DNA of 64,000 nt, taken from assembly GCA_038087875.1 (NCBI GenBank), contig CM075987.1, positions 16,432,001 through 16,496,000 of the forward strand, read 5' to 3'. The notes under the pieces are model-generated. The model was not told where the DNA came from, did not search any database, and worked only from the letters and a program-made list of their open reading frames with translations. The position numbers and the translations under genes are program-made. Origin of the DNA: Malacoraja senta (lineage: Eukaryota). Shown here in pieces: positions 51,680 to 64,000 of this stretch. The first letter of the stretch is position 1; every line of letters starts with the position of its first letter.

Positions 51680-51857
51680 CAGATGCTCCCCGATTTACGA
51701 TGGTCCGACTGACGATATTTTTGACTTTACGATGATGCAAACGCCTGGGCAACGGTCACGTGATCAAATTGTATTTAATGCATTTTCGACCTACGATATT
51801 TTCGATTTATGATGGGTTTATCGGAACGTAACCCCATCGTGGGTCGAGGAGCAGCTG
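51680..51857. mobile_element. Tigger/pogo-type MITE, 178 bp
   Basis: TA|CAGATGCTCCCCGATTTACGATGG...CCATCGTGGGTCGAGGAGCAGCTG|TA. Confidence 0.85.
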
Positions 51858-51999
51858 TACTGATAAATGCAACCATAAACACGATGACAAGTAGAAAAGA
51901 GCAGGATTGTGTACAGATTGTCGTGCAGGTGCAAAGATGTTAGTGCAATAGCAAATTTCCCAACAATTCACAGTAAGAGTGGGCACAGTAGATGAATGC

Positions 52000-53740
52000 A
52001 CAGCTCATGAGCTAGTACAAGGATTCAAGTTTCCGGACCATAGGGTTCTCTTTGGTGAGCAATGGTGATTCATACAAGAGGGATGGGTTGCATCTGAACT
52101 GGACGGGGAAATCAATATCCTGGCAGAGAGATTTGCTGGAGTTACTTGGGAGGGTTTAAACCAGTCGGGCTGGTGTGGTACCCAATGCAGTAGTGAGGCA
52201 AATGAGAAAGTTGAAGCAAATATAGAAATTAAAAATAACAAGTTCAGTAGACGGGACAGGCAGAGCATGGTTGGGAGCGAGGGAGATTGATGATTTTAAA
52301 TGCCTGGCAGGCAAGACTGATGAATTCAGGGCATAGATAGGTATATAGGATTGGGATATTACAGAAACATGGGCAGTAGAGCTATTGCCTTACAGCGCCA
52401 GAGACCCGGGTTCGATCCTGACTACGGGTGTTTGTCTGTACGGAGTTTGTACGTTCTCCCCACGACGTGCGTGGATTTTCTCCAAGATCTTTGGTTTCCT
52501 CCCACACTCCAAAGACGTACAGGTTTGTAGGTTAATTGGCTTAGTATAAAATGTAAAAATTGTCCCTAGTGTGTGTGGGATCGCGTAAGTGTGCGGGGAT
52601 CACTGGTGGGTGTGGACTCAGTGGGCCGAAGGACCTGTTTCCGCGCTGTATCTCTAAACTAAACTTGGCTGAAGGAGAGACGGAGCTGGCAGCTCAATGT
52701 TCCGGGATACAATGTTACAGGGTGGATAGAGGTGGAGGTAAGAGGGGGGCAAGTAGTTGAGGAAAAAATATCTATGTGGCATTTAGAGAGATCACAAGTG
52801 GTGTTTCACATGGATTGATCCTGGGTCCACTATTGTTCATTTTTTACGTTCATGATTTGTAAATTAATATAGATGGCATTGTTAACAACTTTGTGGATGA
52901 CAGTACAATTGGTGGTGTCGCAGTCAGCAAAGGAGGTTATTTAAGATTACAATGGGATCTTGGGTCAATGGGTCAACTCAAAGGCAGATGGACTTTAATT
53001 CAGATAAATGCAATGTGATGCATTTTGGCAGGACAAACCAGGTCAGCATTTTCACAGAAAATGATAGTGCCCTGAGGAGTGTTGTAGAGCAGAAAGATCT
53101 AGGTTTGCATGTTATAGCTCCACAAAGATGGCGACACTAGGTGGACAGGGTCGTCAAGAGGGCAGTTATCGGTCAGGTTATTGAGTACAGGAGTTGGCAC
53201 ATCATGTTACTGTTGTGCAAGATGTTAGTAGGGTTACGTTTGGAGTACTGTAAATCATTATGGTCACTCTGCCATAGGAAGCCATCATTAAACTGGAAAG
53301 GAGACAGCAGAAATATTTACAACAATATTATCAGGTCTGGAGGGTTTGAGTTGCAAAGGAAAGGCTGGCACTTTTATCCCTGCAGCATAGGAGGCTGAGG
53401 GGTGACCTGCTGTACGTTTATAAAATCACAAGGGGCATAGACAAGATGAATAGCTACAGCCTTTCCTCAGGGGAGGGAAATCCAAAATTAGAGGGCAAAG
53501 GTTTAGGTGAATGGAATTAAATTTAAAAGGAGTACTGAAGGACAACTCAGTTGTGGAAAAAGTTGCTCCTGAGATCTCCTTTAAACTCATCATGGATGAG
53601 TTACGAGGGCAAATGGCAGAGCCAAGAAGAAGATAGAAAATTGAGGAATATGGGCCAGGTCTAGGCGTATGGGACTAGCTTGATTAGGCACCTGGTTGGC
53701 ATAGATGAGTTGGGCCCAATAGCCCATTTCCATGCTGTAA
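52000..53740 (+). mobile_element. Degenerate, internally deleted CR1 interrupted by a SINE
   Basis: FNSDKCNVMHFGR, DLG, LEYC remnants. Confidence 0.75.
52371..52665 (+). mobile_element. HE1-like V-SINE nested in CR1
   Basis: B-box gggttcgatcc, V-domain and tail. Confidence 0.9.
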
Positions 53741-54217
53741 AATTCCATGGCTCTTTAAGCAATATTTACTTCCTCCATTTAAGATCTTGGTAAAATTCCA
53801 AAATCACTTTAGAATTCCCTATTCGACAGCTTGCTTACAAAAGTGGGTGAAGCCTAATGCCAGAATTATGTAGGTACTTAGTTCTTAATGCATCTGCAAT
53901 AATTGAAAACTGATAGCTGCTTTGCTGTTTAATACCATACAATGATTTCTGGGCAAGTTCAGAGGCTGGGCAGGTAATGCTGTTGATTCTCAACTGGAGG
54001 GTGGGGAAGGAAGCATGGGGAGAATTGAGCTTGTAATTTGTCCCTGAATTTTAAGGACGGGACAGAGAGAAAATATAACAGAAAATTTACCAAATAATCA
54101 AAAAGAGAAAAAAAGCATTGGTAAAGGCACAGGCCAAGTCACCTGCCAAACCTCCGAATAGTAATAACTCCTTGAAAAGAAGCAAACAATCCAAGCACAT
54201 CAAAGCTGGTATTTTAC

Positions 54218-54256
54218 CTTCTCCAGTTGACCACTCAGCTCTGTGTTGTGTTTTTT
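54218..54256 (-). CDS. GOLGA2: GOLGA2 coding exon, KKHNTELSGQLEK
   Basis: ttctccgaacag| and |gtaaaa; 39 nt, phase 0-0; resembles 'KQQNQEITDQLEE'. Confidence 0.85.
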
Positions 54257-55589
54257 CTGTTCGGAGAAATAAGATGTCAAAATTACAGTGAAATATCCAA
54301 ACATAAATTTCTTCACATTTTACTCCTACATCCCAGCGTAAACCCGGTGAAAAGCAGCAGTTGCCAAAACTCAAACCACATAAAATGCATCCAAAATATC
54401 CTGAATAGAACTGATGAGTTTATTAATGTAAAACTGATACGTTGTGCACACACACACTTTTTTAAATTTTTTATTGTGAGTTAAATTAGGAATGAATAAC
54501 AATTCAAATTTTAGACCGCTTTCTAAATATGGCCCTACTAAAGTTTGGATTACAGGGAAAAACAGTCAAACACCCAAACTTCCCATAACATTGTTCACAC
54601 TGAGAAGTTACATAGGGTTCCCAGTTACATGTTCCCCCGCTGTTCACACCGTGGAACATTGGTTTATCGATCCCATGTCAAAACTGAATGTGTATGGTCT
54701 ACATCTGGTCTTACTATTAGATCACCTAGTTTAGGTCAACAACACCAAATACTAAACTGCTTCCTTCTGCCGGGTCAAACTAATCTAGGATGAACAACCC
54801 TCTCCCCCCCCCCCCCCCCCCCCGATTCTATTTTTCCATGTATAACCTTCCTCCATTCACACCAAGCATCAAACACCAAACAAAAGGACTAATCACCATG
54901 AGGACATTGACCATCATTTTATATGCTGTGATAAGAGTCCCTCCATTCCTCTTGGGCTGAGTACCCCATTTCTTCCCTTCCTAAATCCCCAATTATTTGC
55001 AGTTTCTTCTCCACCTACATCTCCCCTTCATTAATTTGAAAATACTTGTGCAAGAACCTATTTGCAGTTTGCTTCACTTGAACATAAAACTATTGTACAT
55101 GCTCGAGGTGAAAGATGACTGTTAGAGTGCAGCCACTTTAAGGGTCAGTTTCCATTCACAGCAAGCAATTAATCTACAACAATTCAAGCAATCATGCAAC
55201 ATACAACTGTCATGCTTTTACTAAAAAAATATTCCATGCAGCTACAGTAGTCTGAAAACACAAAGTTACATAACACAGAGAAGTTGATCAGTTAACATTG
55301 CAAACTAAAAGTCCAATTTCATCTTTGGAATATTGATTAATTATATTTCAATTCACAAGACACAGATTAGCAATGACCTGAAGACAGCAAGTTTAAAGTT
55401 CAATTATTTCAGCAGAGCTACTCATAAGGAGGTGGCATCCTGATGTTGCTGCTATATCTAACTCTGATGTTTTCCGTGCAAGCACATTCCTGGCACATCC
55501 CTATCAAAGACAACTGAATGAGGTGCTTTGTGTAAATGTATCCAGATTGTATATTCCAAACAATTTTAATCATAGCACTCAAATGTTAA

Positions 55590-55865
55590 TGAGAAATGTC
55601 AGTTGTAACACTACCATTGAGTCACAAGGTTGTGAAACCCACTCCAATGATGGGCGATTGTACTGAATGAGTGTTGCACTGAGGGGTTGTTTATTGGATA
55701 TTCTCTCAGGTTTATTTAAAGTAATGCAATTGACTATTTCAATGAGGAGCAATGGCATTAGCCATTGTGTCCTGACCAAGATTCATCCCTCAAACAAGAA
55801 CACGAAGCACAGATCAGAGCCACCATCTACGAGTTGCAGTTTGTGAATTGTGTGTTCAAACTGAG
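55590..55865 (+). mobile_element. Degenerate Deu-domain SINE (SacSINE1-like)
   Basis: gactatttc..gaggagca...gtgtcctgaccaagattcatccctcaa...cagat resembles the recalled SacSINE1 Deu region. Confidence 0.55.
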
Positions 55866-57299
55866 TATCGAATGTCCGACACAAAACTTTAAAAGGGCTT
55901 TGGGACATCTGAAATTCTGAATTACTTTCCTCCCTGGATCACAAAATGCCTTGTTTGACACAAAAGACATGTCCTGCCACTGGTTCAAGTCTAAGCACTT
56001 GCTGATACAGTGCCTCATCCAAACAAACGGGTGTCAGGGGTTATGGGGAGAAGGCAGGAGAATGGGGTTAAAATAGAAAGATAGATCAGCCACGATTGAA
56101 TGGCGGAGTAGACTTGATGGGCCGAATAGCCTAATTCTGCTCCTATCACTTACGAACTTATGAAAATTGAGCATCTGCGACAAGGGAAGCTTAATGGATG
56201 CCACTAAATATACATACCAATAGGAAAGTTATCACAGATTGGGATTAAACTGATTTTTAAAATTATAAAATTCTACAGCAAACCAAGCTAACAAACCACG
56301 CTAAAAGCAAAACATGTTCTTTTGAATTAAAAATGATTGATTCTATCTCCAGCAGGATAGAAATCATTACCCCAACATGATGATTTAGCTGTTTATGTCA
56401 GGGGTAAATCAGTCCACACGACTGCAAAATCTTCATGGGGCAGATCTTTCTGGCTCACCTTCAATAGTCTATTTCTAATAAATTGCTGAGCAAAATGGGC
56501 ATCAAAGCTAATTACAACAGTGGACTTCTACATTAAAATAATTTCACATTACATTTCCCTATTGACATTATAAGGAAATCTACGCGTGACTTATGTATAT
56601 TTTGAGTCCAACAAACCAGAAAGGAATGGGTTTTAATTGAGTAAAAGGCTTTTCCTTGATTGACTTTCAAAACAGCTATCCATGTTTGCACTATCCACTG
56701 GCAGGATAAAAATCTATATTTATTTGACAAGGCTAATGCTGCCAACACACTAGGGTGAGAACAAATGGCCTCAAATAGAACAGCAGCACTGCCCTGTCTA
56801 GAGCTGATGTAAGGGAACGCATCAGATAGCGCTGTGTAACCAAATACATTGGACGGCCTATAGTCAGAGTGATGCAGCCAAAGAAACTAAAACGTCACCT
56901 ATTCATGTCTTCAAGTGATGCTGCCTGAACCTGCAGAGTTACTCCAGCGCTGCTTTTTTCTTTCTGCACAAATCCCCCCAGTTTAGCATCTCTCCGATTA
57001 ACTGGCTTTTTCCATACATGTGTTAAAAGCTTCCCATTTGACCAAAATTTTAAACTCTGCTCATGCATTTTGCTGAGTCAATGCTGTGCTGGGGAGGGGG
57101 GGGGGGGGGGGGGGTGATTTCTTCCATATTCTCATGTTTCATAAAATAATGCATTTAACTATTTTAACCAGGATTAGAGAAGCTATCGCTGCTGTCCTGG
57201 CCAAAATTTGCAGTCTCCTTTAGTGATAAAATCAATTACTTGTGGGTGTGAAATCCCATGCTTCAGAAATAAAAGGCTATGGATCTCAAACCAAAAGCA

Positions 57300-58480
57300 T
57301 CAAATCACAGGTACTGATCTCCCCGCCATCATGGGGATCTACGGGAGGTACTGTCTCAAGAGGGCATCCAGTATCAAAGACCCACATCATGCTCTCAATT
57401 TACTACTATCATCGGGAAGGTGGTACAGGGGCCTGGAAAACCGTGACCACCAGGTTCAACACCAGTTTCTTCCCAGCAACTATTAGGTGCTTGAACACTG
57501 CACAACACTGACTTCAGCAATTATTATCTTTTATGGATTATGTCTTTGGTTGCACTACGGGCTTCAGCTTTTGCACTATCATGGTTATCTATTATGGTTA
57601 TTAATTTATTGTTTTTATGATTATTATTATCTGTGTTATTGCATTTACAGGCCTGTTAAACTGTTGAGGGTACAGTAATTTAATTATTCCATTGGCGGTA
57701 CATATGACAATTAAATCCTCATTTCTCAATAGTCAAGACAAGAGTGTTTAATTGTCGTATGCAACAACAATAGAACAAAGAAATCCTTACTTGGAGCAGC
57801 TTAACAGGCCTGGGACACTACACACAGATAATATAAAATAAACAATATTCATTAAATCAATAACCCCAATATTAGTACAAAAAAAACTTGAGGTTCTTAG
57901 CGCAATCAAAGAAAGTCCATAGTTCGAAGATAGACACAAAATGCTGGAGTAACTCAGCGGGACAGGCAGCATCTCGGGAGAAAAGGAATGGGTGACGTTT
58001 CGGGTCGAGAAAAGGTCTGAAGAAAGGTCTTGACCCGAAATGTCACCCATTCCTTTTCTCCAGAGATTCTGCCTGTGTTACTCCAGCATTTAGTGTCTAT
58101 CTTCGAACTTCGGTTTAAACCAACATCTGCAGTTCCTTCAAAGTCCCTGGTTCGTTGGTAGAGATGTTGTGCAGCGTTCTGCAGCCTGATGGTTGTTGGA
58201 AAAAGCTATTCTTGAACCTGGTGATCACAGCTTTCAGACGCCTTCTTCCCAATGGTAGCAGCGAGATGAGAGCATGGTCAGGTTGATGTGGGTCTTTGAT
58301 GATGCTGGCTGCCTTTTTGACGGAATGCATGCTATAGATCCCTTCAATGATGGTGAGGTTTTTTACCCGCGATGGCCCAGCTGGTGTTCACCACTTTCTG
58401 TAATTTCCTTTGGTCCCTGACTTTTGAGTGGCCGAACCAAGTCGTGGTGTAACCAGTCAATATGCTATCTACTGTACACA
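57300..58480. mobile_element. Two tail-to-tail Rex1-like 3' fragments, the second interrupted by an inverted Penelope pLTR pair (~57928-58140)
   Basis: SIKDPHH / SFFPAT on +; IIKDPHQP / FKNSFF on -. Confidence 0.7.
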
Positions 58481-60407
58481 AACTCTACACATTTTCACTG
58501 GGTTTTATTTTTCCCCATGTCTATTGATCATAAATATCAGAACCTGGATTTCAGATAACATATCTGGCCTTCCAACACAAGACAATTCCAAGGTAGAAGA
58601 TTACTATTCCCCCACATATGCTCCACTTCAGAAATATAATTTTTTCCCTCTAGTGTTGAAGATTTTTTTTGAAGCTCAAAACAATTATTTGGTCATTGGA
58701 TAATAAATAGTATCTTGGGGACAAGAACTTCTTCCAAAGGAACATGCCTTCATTCCAATCAGTCTGAAGAAGGGTCTCGACCCAAAACGTCACCCATTCC
58801 TTCTCTCCAGAGATGCTGCCTGACCCACTGAGTTACTCCAGCATTTTGTGCCAACCTTCATTCCACTTGTTGCCTTGCATTTGAATGTGTCTCCATGCCA
58901 AGGGGGAAATTAACATAAAACATGAACCCTACCACCACATCAATTCACTGATGAACTGTGCAGATCTTAAGAACATGACGCATTTTGTCAAACTGAAAAG
59001 AAATGGAAAAGAAAACGTCATGCCAAACAAACAGTGCTCATTCAGGAACTAGTGCTTAGGCAGGTTAGGAACCAGCTGCTTTCCCATTTTCTTGTTGAAC
59101 ACATTGTGAATAAGTTAAGAGCACTTATTTAAAAGGATATTGGCCCAAAGTACAGGACCAGTGCTGACATTTGCAAAAGGTCAAGAACAAAATATAATTC
59201 ACCAAACATCCTTCTCACAGCAGTGAATCAATTTGGCATTTAAAGGGTTGAACAAATTTTATGTTCTGACTGTCTGCACATTCGCAGACTGCTGAAGTGA
59301 AAATTAACAACTGGAAACTAGGCCAGTCTGAAAATGGATACATGATTCACTGCAGCCACATTTAAGGGAAAAGGTGCAGTGTGACAGAGATGTGATCTAG
59401 ATCTAATAGTGCATTGAGATTGTTCTGTGGAGCAGCCTTGTCAAGAGGTTTGAACATTCTGTCAATATTTTTTTTACAATTTAAAATAAAGAACCAGGAG
59501 TATTTTTTTAGTTTTTTTTTTTTTTAAGTCATTTGATAGGCAGGTAATGGCTCTTTTCTCCACTGTCAGTTCATCTTTGTAAATTCTGTTATTGCCCAAT
59601 GTCACAGCATTTGGAAAAATCTGCATTGGAAATAACAGACATGCCCTTCGACTTGTGCAGTCCATCAATTTGTGATGCTAACTCTTATGTTATGTATGAT
59701 TACAAATATATGGAGTTCATACATTTCAATTGGCTTTTGAAAATATGTGATTTTTGTTTCAAAACCTCTCAAAGATTCTAACACGCAAAGTTTGTTCAAA
59801 GTATGGAGAGATCCTGGTGGTTCAATGATTGACATGTAACAGTTACTGCTAATTCCAATGCTTTTACTCCATCACTGCACATTTCAGAATGGGAGTGTGT
59901 TTTTCTAGGTAATAAAAATAATGCTGGCGACTATTATGCAAAGACAAGGCATCCTCTGGAATCCACTGCTTTGAGCTTCAGCAACATTTAGGCCTTGCAG
60001 GTGATCTAATAAACGGGCCGTGCAATACACTTCCAGAAAAAAAAATGCAAATGCAAGACATGAACAAAAAAAAAGAGTAAGAGGAAAAAAGATGATTAGA
60101 TGAAAAAATGGACTTCTTTCAAGCAGTGTAGATGATAAACCAACCAAGAAAACCCTGGTTACACTGCACTTAACTTTTGATAAAACGATAATATATAGCT
60201 GGTATGTCTTTAATACCATACAGAACATGAGGATAATATTAACATGTACAATGCAAAAGCAGCTCCGTTAACCAGCCTTGAAACATTTAGTTTGATGAGA
60301 ACTGATCAACTTCTTTTTACCATGCTGTTTAAATTAAGTTGGTGGAAATGCACAATGGTATCCAGATATAATCTTATGCTGCTACAACAAACTCCGCATG
60401 CCCTTAC

Positions 60408-60488
60408 CAATTCCTCTATCTTTGTACATAATTCTTTATTTGATACATTGCTGGAGTCAAGAGCTATAGTCAGCTCTTGGTTTCGTGT
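60408..60488 (-). CDS. GOLGA2: GOLGA2 coding exon, TRNQELTIALDSSNVSNKELCTKIEEL
   Basis: gtacgcag| and |gtaagg; 81 nt, phase 0-0; matches the GM130 'ALDSS..NKQL..IEKL' motif. Confidence 0.93.
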
Positions 60489-63400
60489 CTGCGTACACAT
60501 GCAGATTCAGAGAGTGGAGGAACAAAAAGATGAAAAGAAAAGATAAATTAATAAAAGTGAACAGTTATTGTTGGTTTCTACCAGCGCATGCTCAAAAAGA
60601 AAATGAAACTGTACCAGTCCATCCATGGAATTTAGTGACTTTGCACAATGCTCTCACTTTAAAAATTGGAATTCTGAAATTTCGTCATCCAAAACTGTTT
60701 TATATTCTGTTACTTTCAGCTTCAAGGATCATATGCCAATTATTACTCTATTCAGCATTTAGTCAACTCCACTTAATTAGTGCCTTTTTTGTCTGGAAAT
60801 GAACAGAAGCATCTGCTGGCTTTAAATTAAGCAATTCTAACACAACAGGGTCTCAAAACACATTATTTTGAATTAAACAGATAATTCTATCTTTCTCAAA
60901 TTAAGGGTTGCCGGTATGAAGAAACCTTTACGAGGCAGTTTATCCATCCAAGATAATTTGGAGTTTGTTTGAGGAGTTGCAAAGGAAATAGCTAAACTAA
61001 GTTCTATCTCAATAGAGAATTTATTTGACTCAGGTTATTTTATCATTGATATCATGAAAACCCCAGTTTGAAAGAATATTGGAACCATATCATGTGGAAT
61101 CATTATTTTGGATATTAATTTTGTCCAGTCTACTGGCTAGCAAAAACAACTTGTGCCTTAAAAACAAAAATAAAAATAAATTGACCTGAGGTGATAGATA
61201 TCTCTGTACCTATAGATGTTGCTTGACCTGTGGACTCTCTCCAGCATCTGTATTGTGTTTTGTTTTCAATTACTGTTATGCGCTGTTATTTTAGCAATGC
61301 TACTACCACAACCTTCAAAATAAAAGGTCATGGCTACCATTGGATAGACATTTATTTAAAGTCAGCAATGTTATTCTTTATTCAAATTTATAATAAATGT
61401 GTCACTTGCACAAATGTGGAGGTAGAAAGTTATTAGCATCCTATTGCTCAACATTCTAAAAACTCCACTATTCATAATTAGGAAAATTCTGGACTACCAT
61501 TAAATTACCTTCAAAATATTATTTTCACTACACCAGATTAGAAGTGATGCAGATGTCGACATATTTTGGCTTTATCACATACAGATGCCATTACCCAAGT
61601 GTCTAGCATTTAAGTAAACATAATTGGGATGGCAACATATCTTCAAAGTATCTTTGAATGCTGCAATGGGCCATATGTCAGTGCCAGATGGAGTTATCCG
61701 TCACAATATAATGGCCCAAAAATAGTGTGGTGCATGGACAAGATCCAGTTTCATCTACTTTTTCATTAGCTACAAGCCACAATCATATACAGATCACTTT
61801 ATCAATTATATTCACTATAAATTATACAACAGGTGCAGAGATATTTTGAAACGGGATACAATTTGCTTTCAATCCACTGAAGAAAGTGATCAATTATCGA
61901 TGCAGCAGGGACAATTTGTGCATTGAGGACAAAAATAGCCAGAGTTTGTGATTGCTGCACCTCAAGTTGCAGATTAGGAACGTTTTTGCAGACAAACTAA
62001 TCAGTTGAAGGTCAAATGTCCTGTGAACAAGTTCAAGTCACACATGAATAATGGCCAGCAATTGATGCAAGTAGTCATTGCTTCAGCAGGAATAACAAGC
62101 ATGATCTGGGTAGAATTAAAGAGGAAACTAAATAAAAATAAAATTCTGCATAAAATATTTGAGACAAACCTATTGTTTTATGGAAGAGGTTGTACAACTC
62201 AAACCTATGCACTTGCAGAAACATAGAAAAAAGCTATTTAGTCTCTCCTCACTGTTCAAATATTCATTGAGATCAATGGATGATCAGTGACCTTATAACC
62301 AGACTTTCCTCATGTCTCTTTACACATCTGATTAATAAAAATCTGTTAAACTCAGATGCTAAACTTACAAATTATGTCGAGCATGAATTGACATTTGTGG
62401 AACAGCGATTGAAATTTCTATTGTAAGTGTTTTCTAAAGTCACTTAGAATTTTAAACATTGACTCCAGGTCCTAATCAATATCTGGTGAAAGTATTTTTT
62501 TCTCTATCAATACAATCTGCTTTGCTGAATATCCTGCTAAACTTTATCAAGTCACCACTTCTAAAATTCCAGAGAATATAACTCCTAGGTTCAGTCCCTG
62601 TAATTTAATCACTGGAAGCAAGCAAGACTCTGAGAAATCTACACTCTCTCCGAGACCAATTCCTTAATAGGTTTGTAGAAACAACAAACTGTAGATGCTG
62701 GTTAAGACAGAGAGCTGGAGTAGCTCAGCAAGTCAGGCAGCATCTCAGCTGAACATGGACAGGTGAAGTTTTGGGTTGGGATTCTTCATCTTCAGACTGA
62801 TTGTGTGGGGGTTGGGAGGAGACAGATGGATATGAGGAGGGGCAGGACAAAGCCTGGCAGGTAAACGTCGCCTGTCCATGTTCTCGTGAGATGCTGCTAG
62901 ACCTGCTGATCCAGTAGTCTGCCACTACTCTGTGCCTGTCAGTAGTCTGTTAGTACTCTGCATCTTCTTCTCCTTAATAAGCTTGGTGCCATAAGTTACT
63001 CACAATACTCCAGGCCTATTCTGACCACTGGAGCCCAAAAATAATTTCTATCTCTACCTTAGAAGACCACAATTCCATTTGCTTTTTTGATTTTGTTTCC
63101 TTATTCCTATCATGGCATTATTTCCTATAGCCACATGTCACTCCTCCCAATGGACCTACTCCCCCCCCCCCCCCCCCCCCCCCAATGTGCCACATCCCAA
63201 CCTACTTCTCGCCCCTCCCTTCCTTCTGTATTCCCATCTGACATCATCCCTCCTTATTTGGTTCCACTCTCCACCTACCTTTCCTGTTAGATTCCAGAAT
63301 CTGCAGCCTTCATTACCTGTTCTGTTAGCATCTGTTGCCATCATCATCTGTCCATCCTCAACCCAAATCTTATCTGCCAATCAACCCCTCCACCTATTGC

Positions 63401-63750
63401 TTGCTAGCTGTTGTCTGACCCCTAGGGCTCTTCCACATATTTACACTGGCCATTTCCTCTCTACTTTTCAAGTCCAGGTGGAGCATCAAATCTCCATTTC
63501 CCTCCATAGGTACTGCCTGACTCACCGAGTTTCTCCAGCAGCTCACTTTTTAAAAAAAATGTAAAAAGATTTTCCACCTGAAATTATTCGACATAAGGGT
63601 GGGAAATTTTTGAATTTTAAAAGTTACACAGAAAATATTAAGAGCCTCTAAGAAGTAAAATCCCTTCTCAACAGGGGACAGAATGTTATGAATTGTGTCC
63701 CCCATTAAAACTTCATCCTTAAAAGTAAGAATCCACTTGCATCATCCTAC

Positions 63751-63807
63751 CTCCAGTTCTTTAGGGCTGACGGCACAAACTCCACTTTCACCATTCACAT
63801 AAGTTGT
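63751..63807 (-). CDS. GOLGA2: GOLGA2 coding exon (first in window), TTYVNGESGVCAVSPKELE
   Basis: Acceptor ttctccattctccag|, donor |gtagga; 57 nt, phase 0-0; resembles vertebrate GM130 'VNGEG...KDLE'. Confidence 0.85.
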
Positions 63808-64000
63808 CTGGAGAATGGAGAAGGAAAAAGTAATTGTACTCTATTTGACAAGTTATAAAGCTCAATGCCATCACCCAAAACAATATCAAATTGGCCACAT
63901 ACATTGCAATACTGTTTATATGACCTAACCTTGACCAGAAAGATTTTAAAATACGACTTAAGTTCACCTGATTTCCTTTAAAACTTGGGTAGGGAGAAGT

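Noticed and set aside
54143..54170. Small AG...GT segment just downstream of the 39-nt exon
   Set aside because: The intron would be under 50 nt and the segment would shift the frame.
3561..62800. Recurrent palindromic repeat as a CRISPR-like system
   Set aside because: Eukaryotic intron context, dispersed rather than regularly spaced, and directly linked to Penelope GIY-YIG remnants.

Overview
Eukaryotic genomic DNA from a cartilaginous fish, most likely a skate or ray. This is inferred from the repeat content: HE1/V-SINEs with CR1-derived tails, CR1 LINEs with (CATAGAAA)n ends, Rex1-like LINEs and a SacSINE-like relic. The window holds the 3' part of GOLGA2 (GM130) on the minus strand. I traced 23 coding exons from 63807 to the TAG at 17662, all with GT-AG boundaries and consistent phases (2679 nt, 892 aa), ending in the GRASP65-binding tail IPFFY...VKITII. 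A putative ~3.1 kb 3' UTR runs to tandem AATAAA signals at ~14.5 kb. The 5' exons lie beyond the right edge. Introns and the left flank are filled with transposons: a full-length Passport-like Tc1 element with an open DD34E transposase, Rex1 and CR1 fragments, SINEs, MITEs, two GC-rich non-autonomous retroposons, and about 20 copies of a Penelope pseudo-LTR repeat carrying a minimal hammerhead-ribozyme motif. The most notable observations are the hammerhead-bearing repeat family and its inverted pairs, the intact Tc1 ORF, an 89-bp fold-back palindrome in an intron, a GCAUG (RBFOX) cluster around a symmetric exon, and two unexplained phase-compatible exon-like segments downstream of GOLGA2. All calls were made by eye, and repeat boundaries are approximate.
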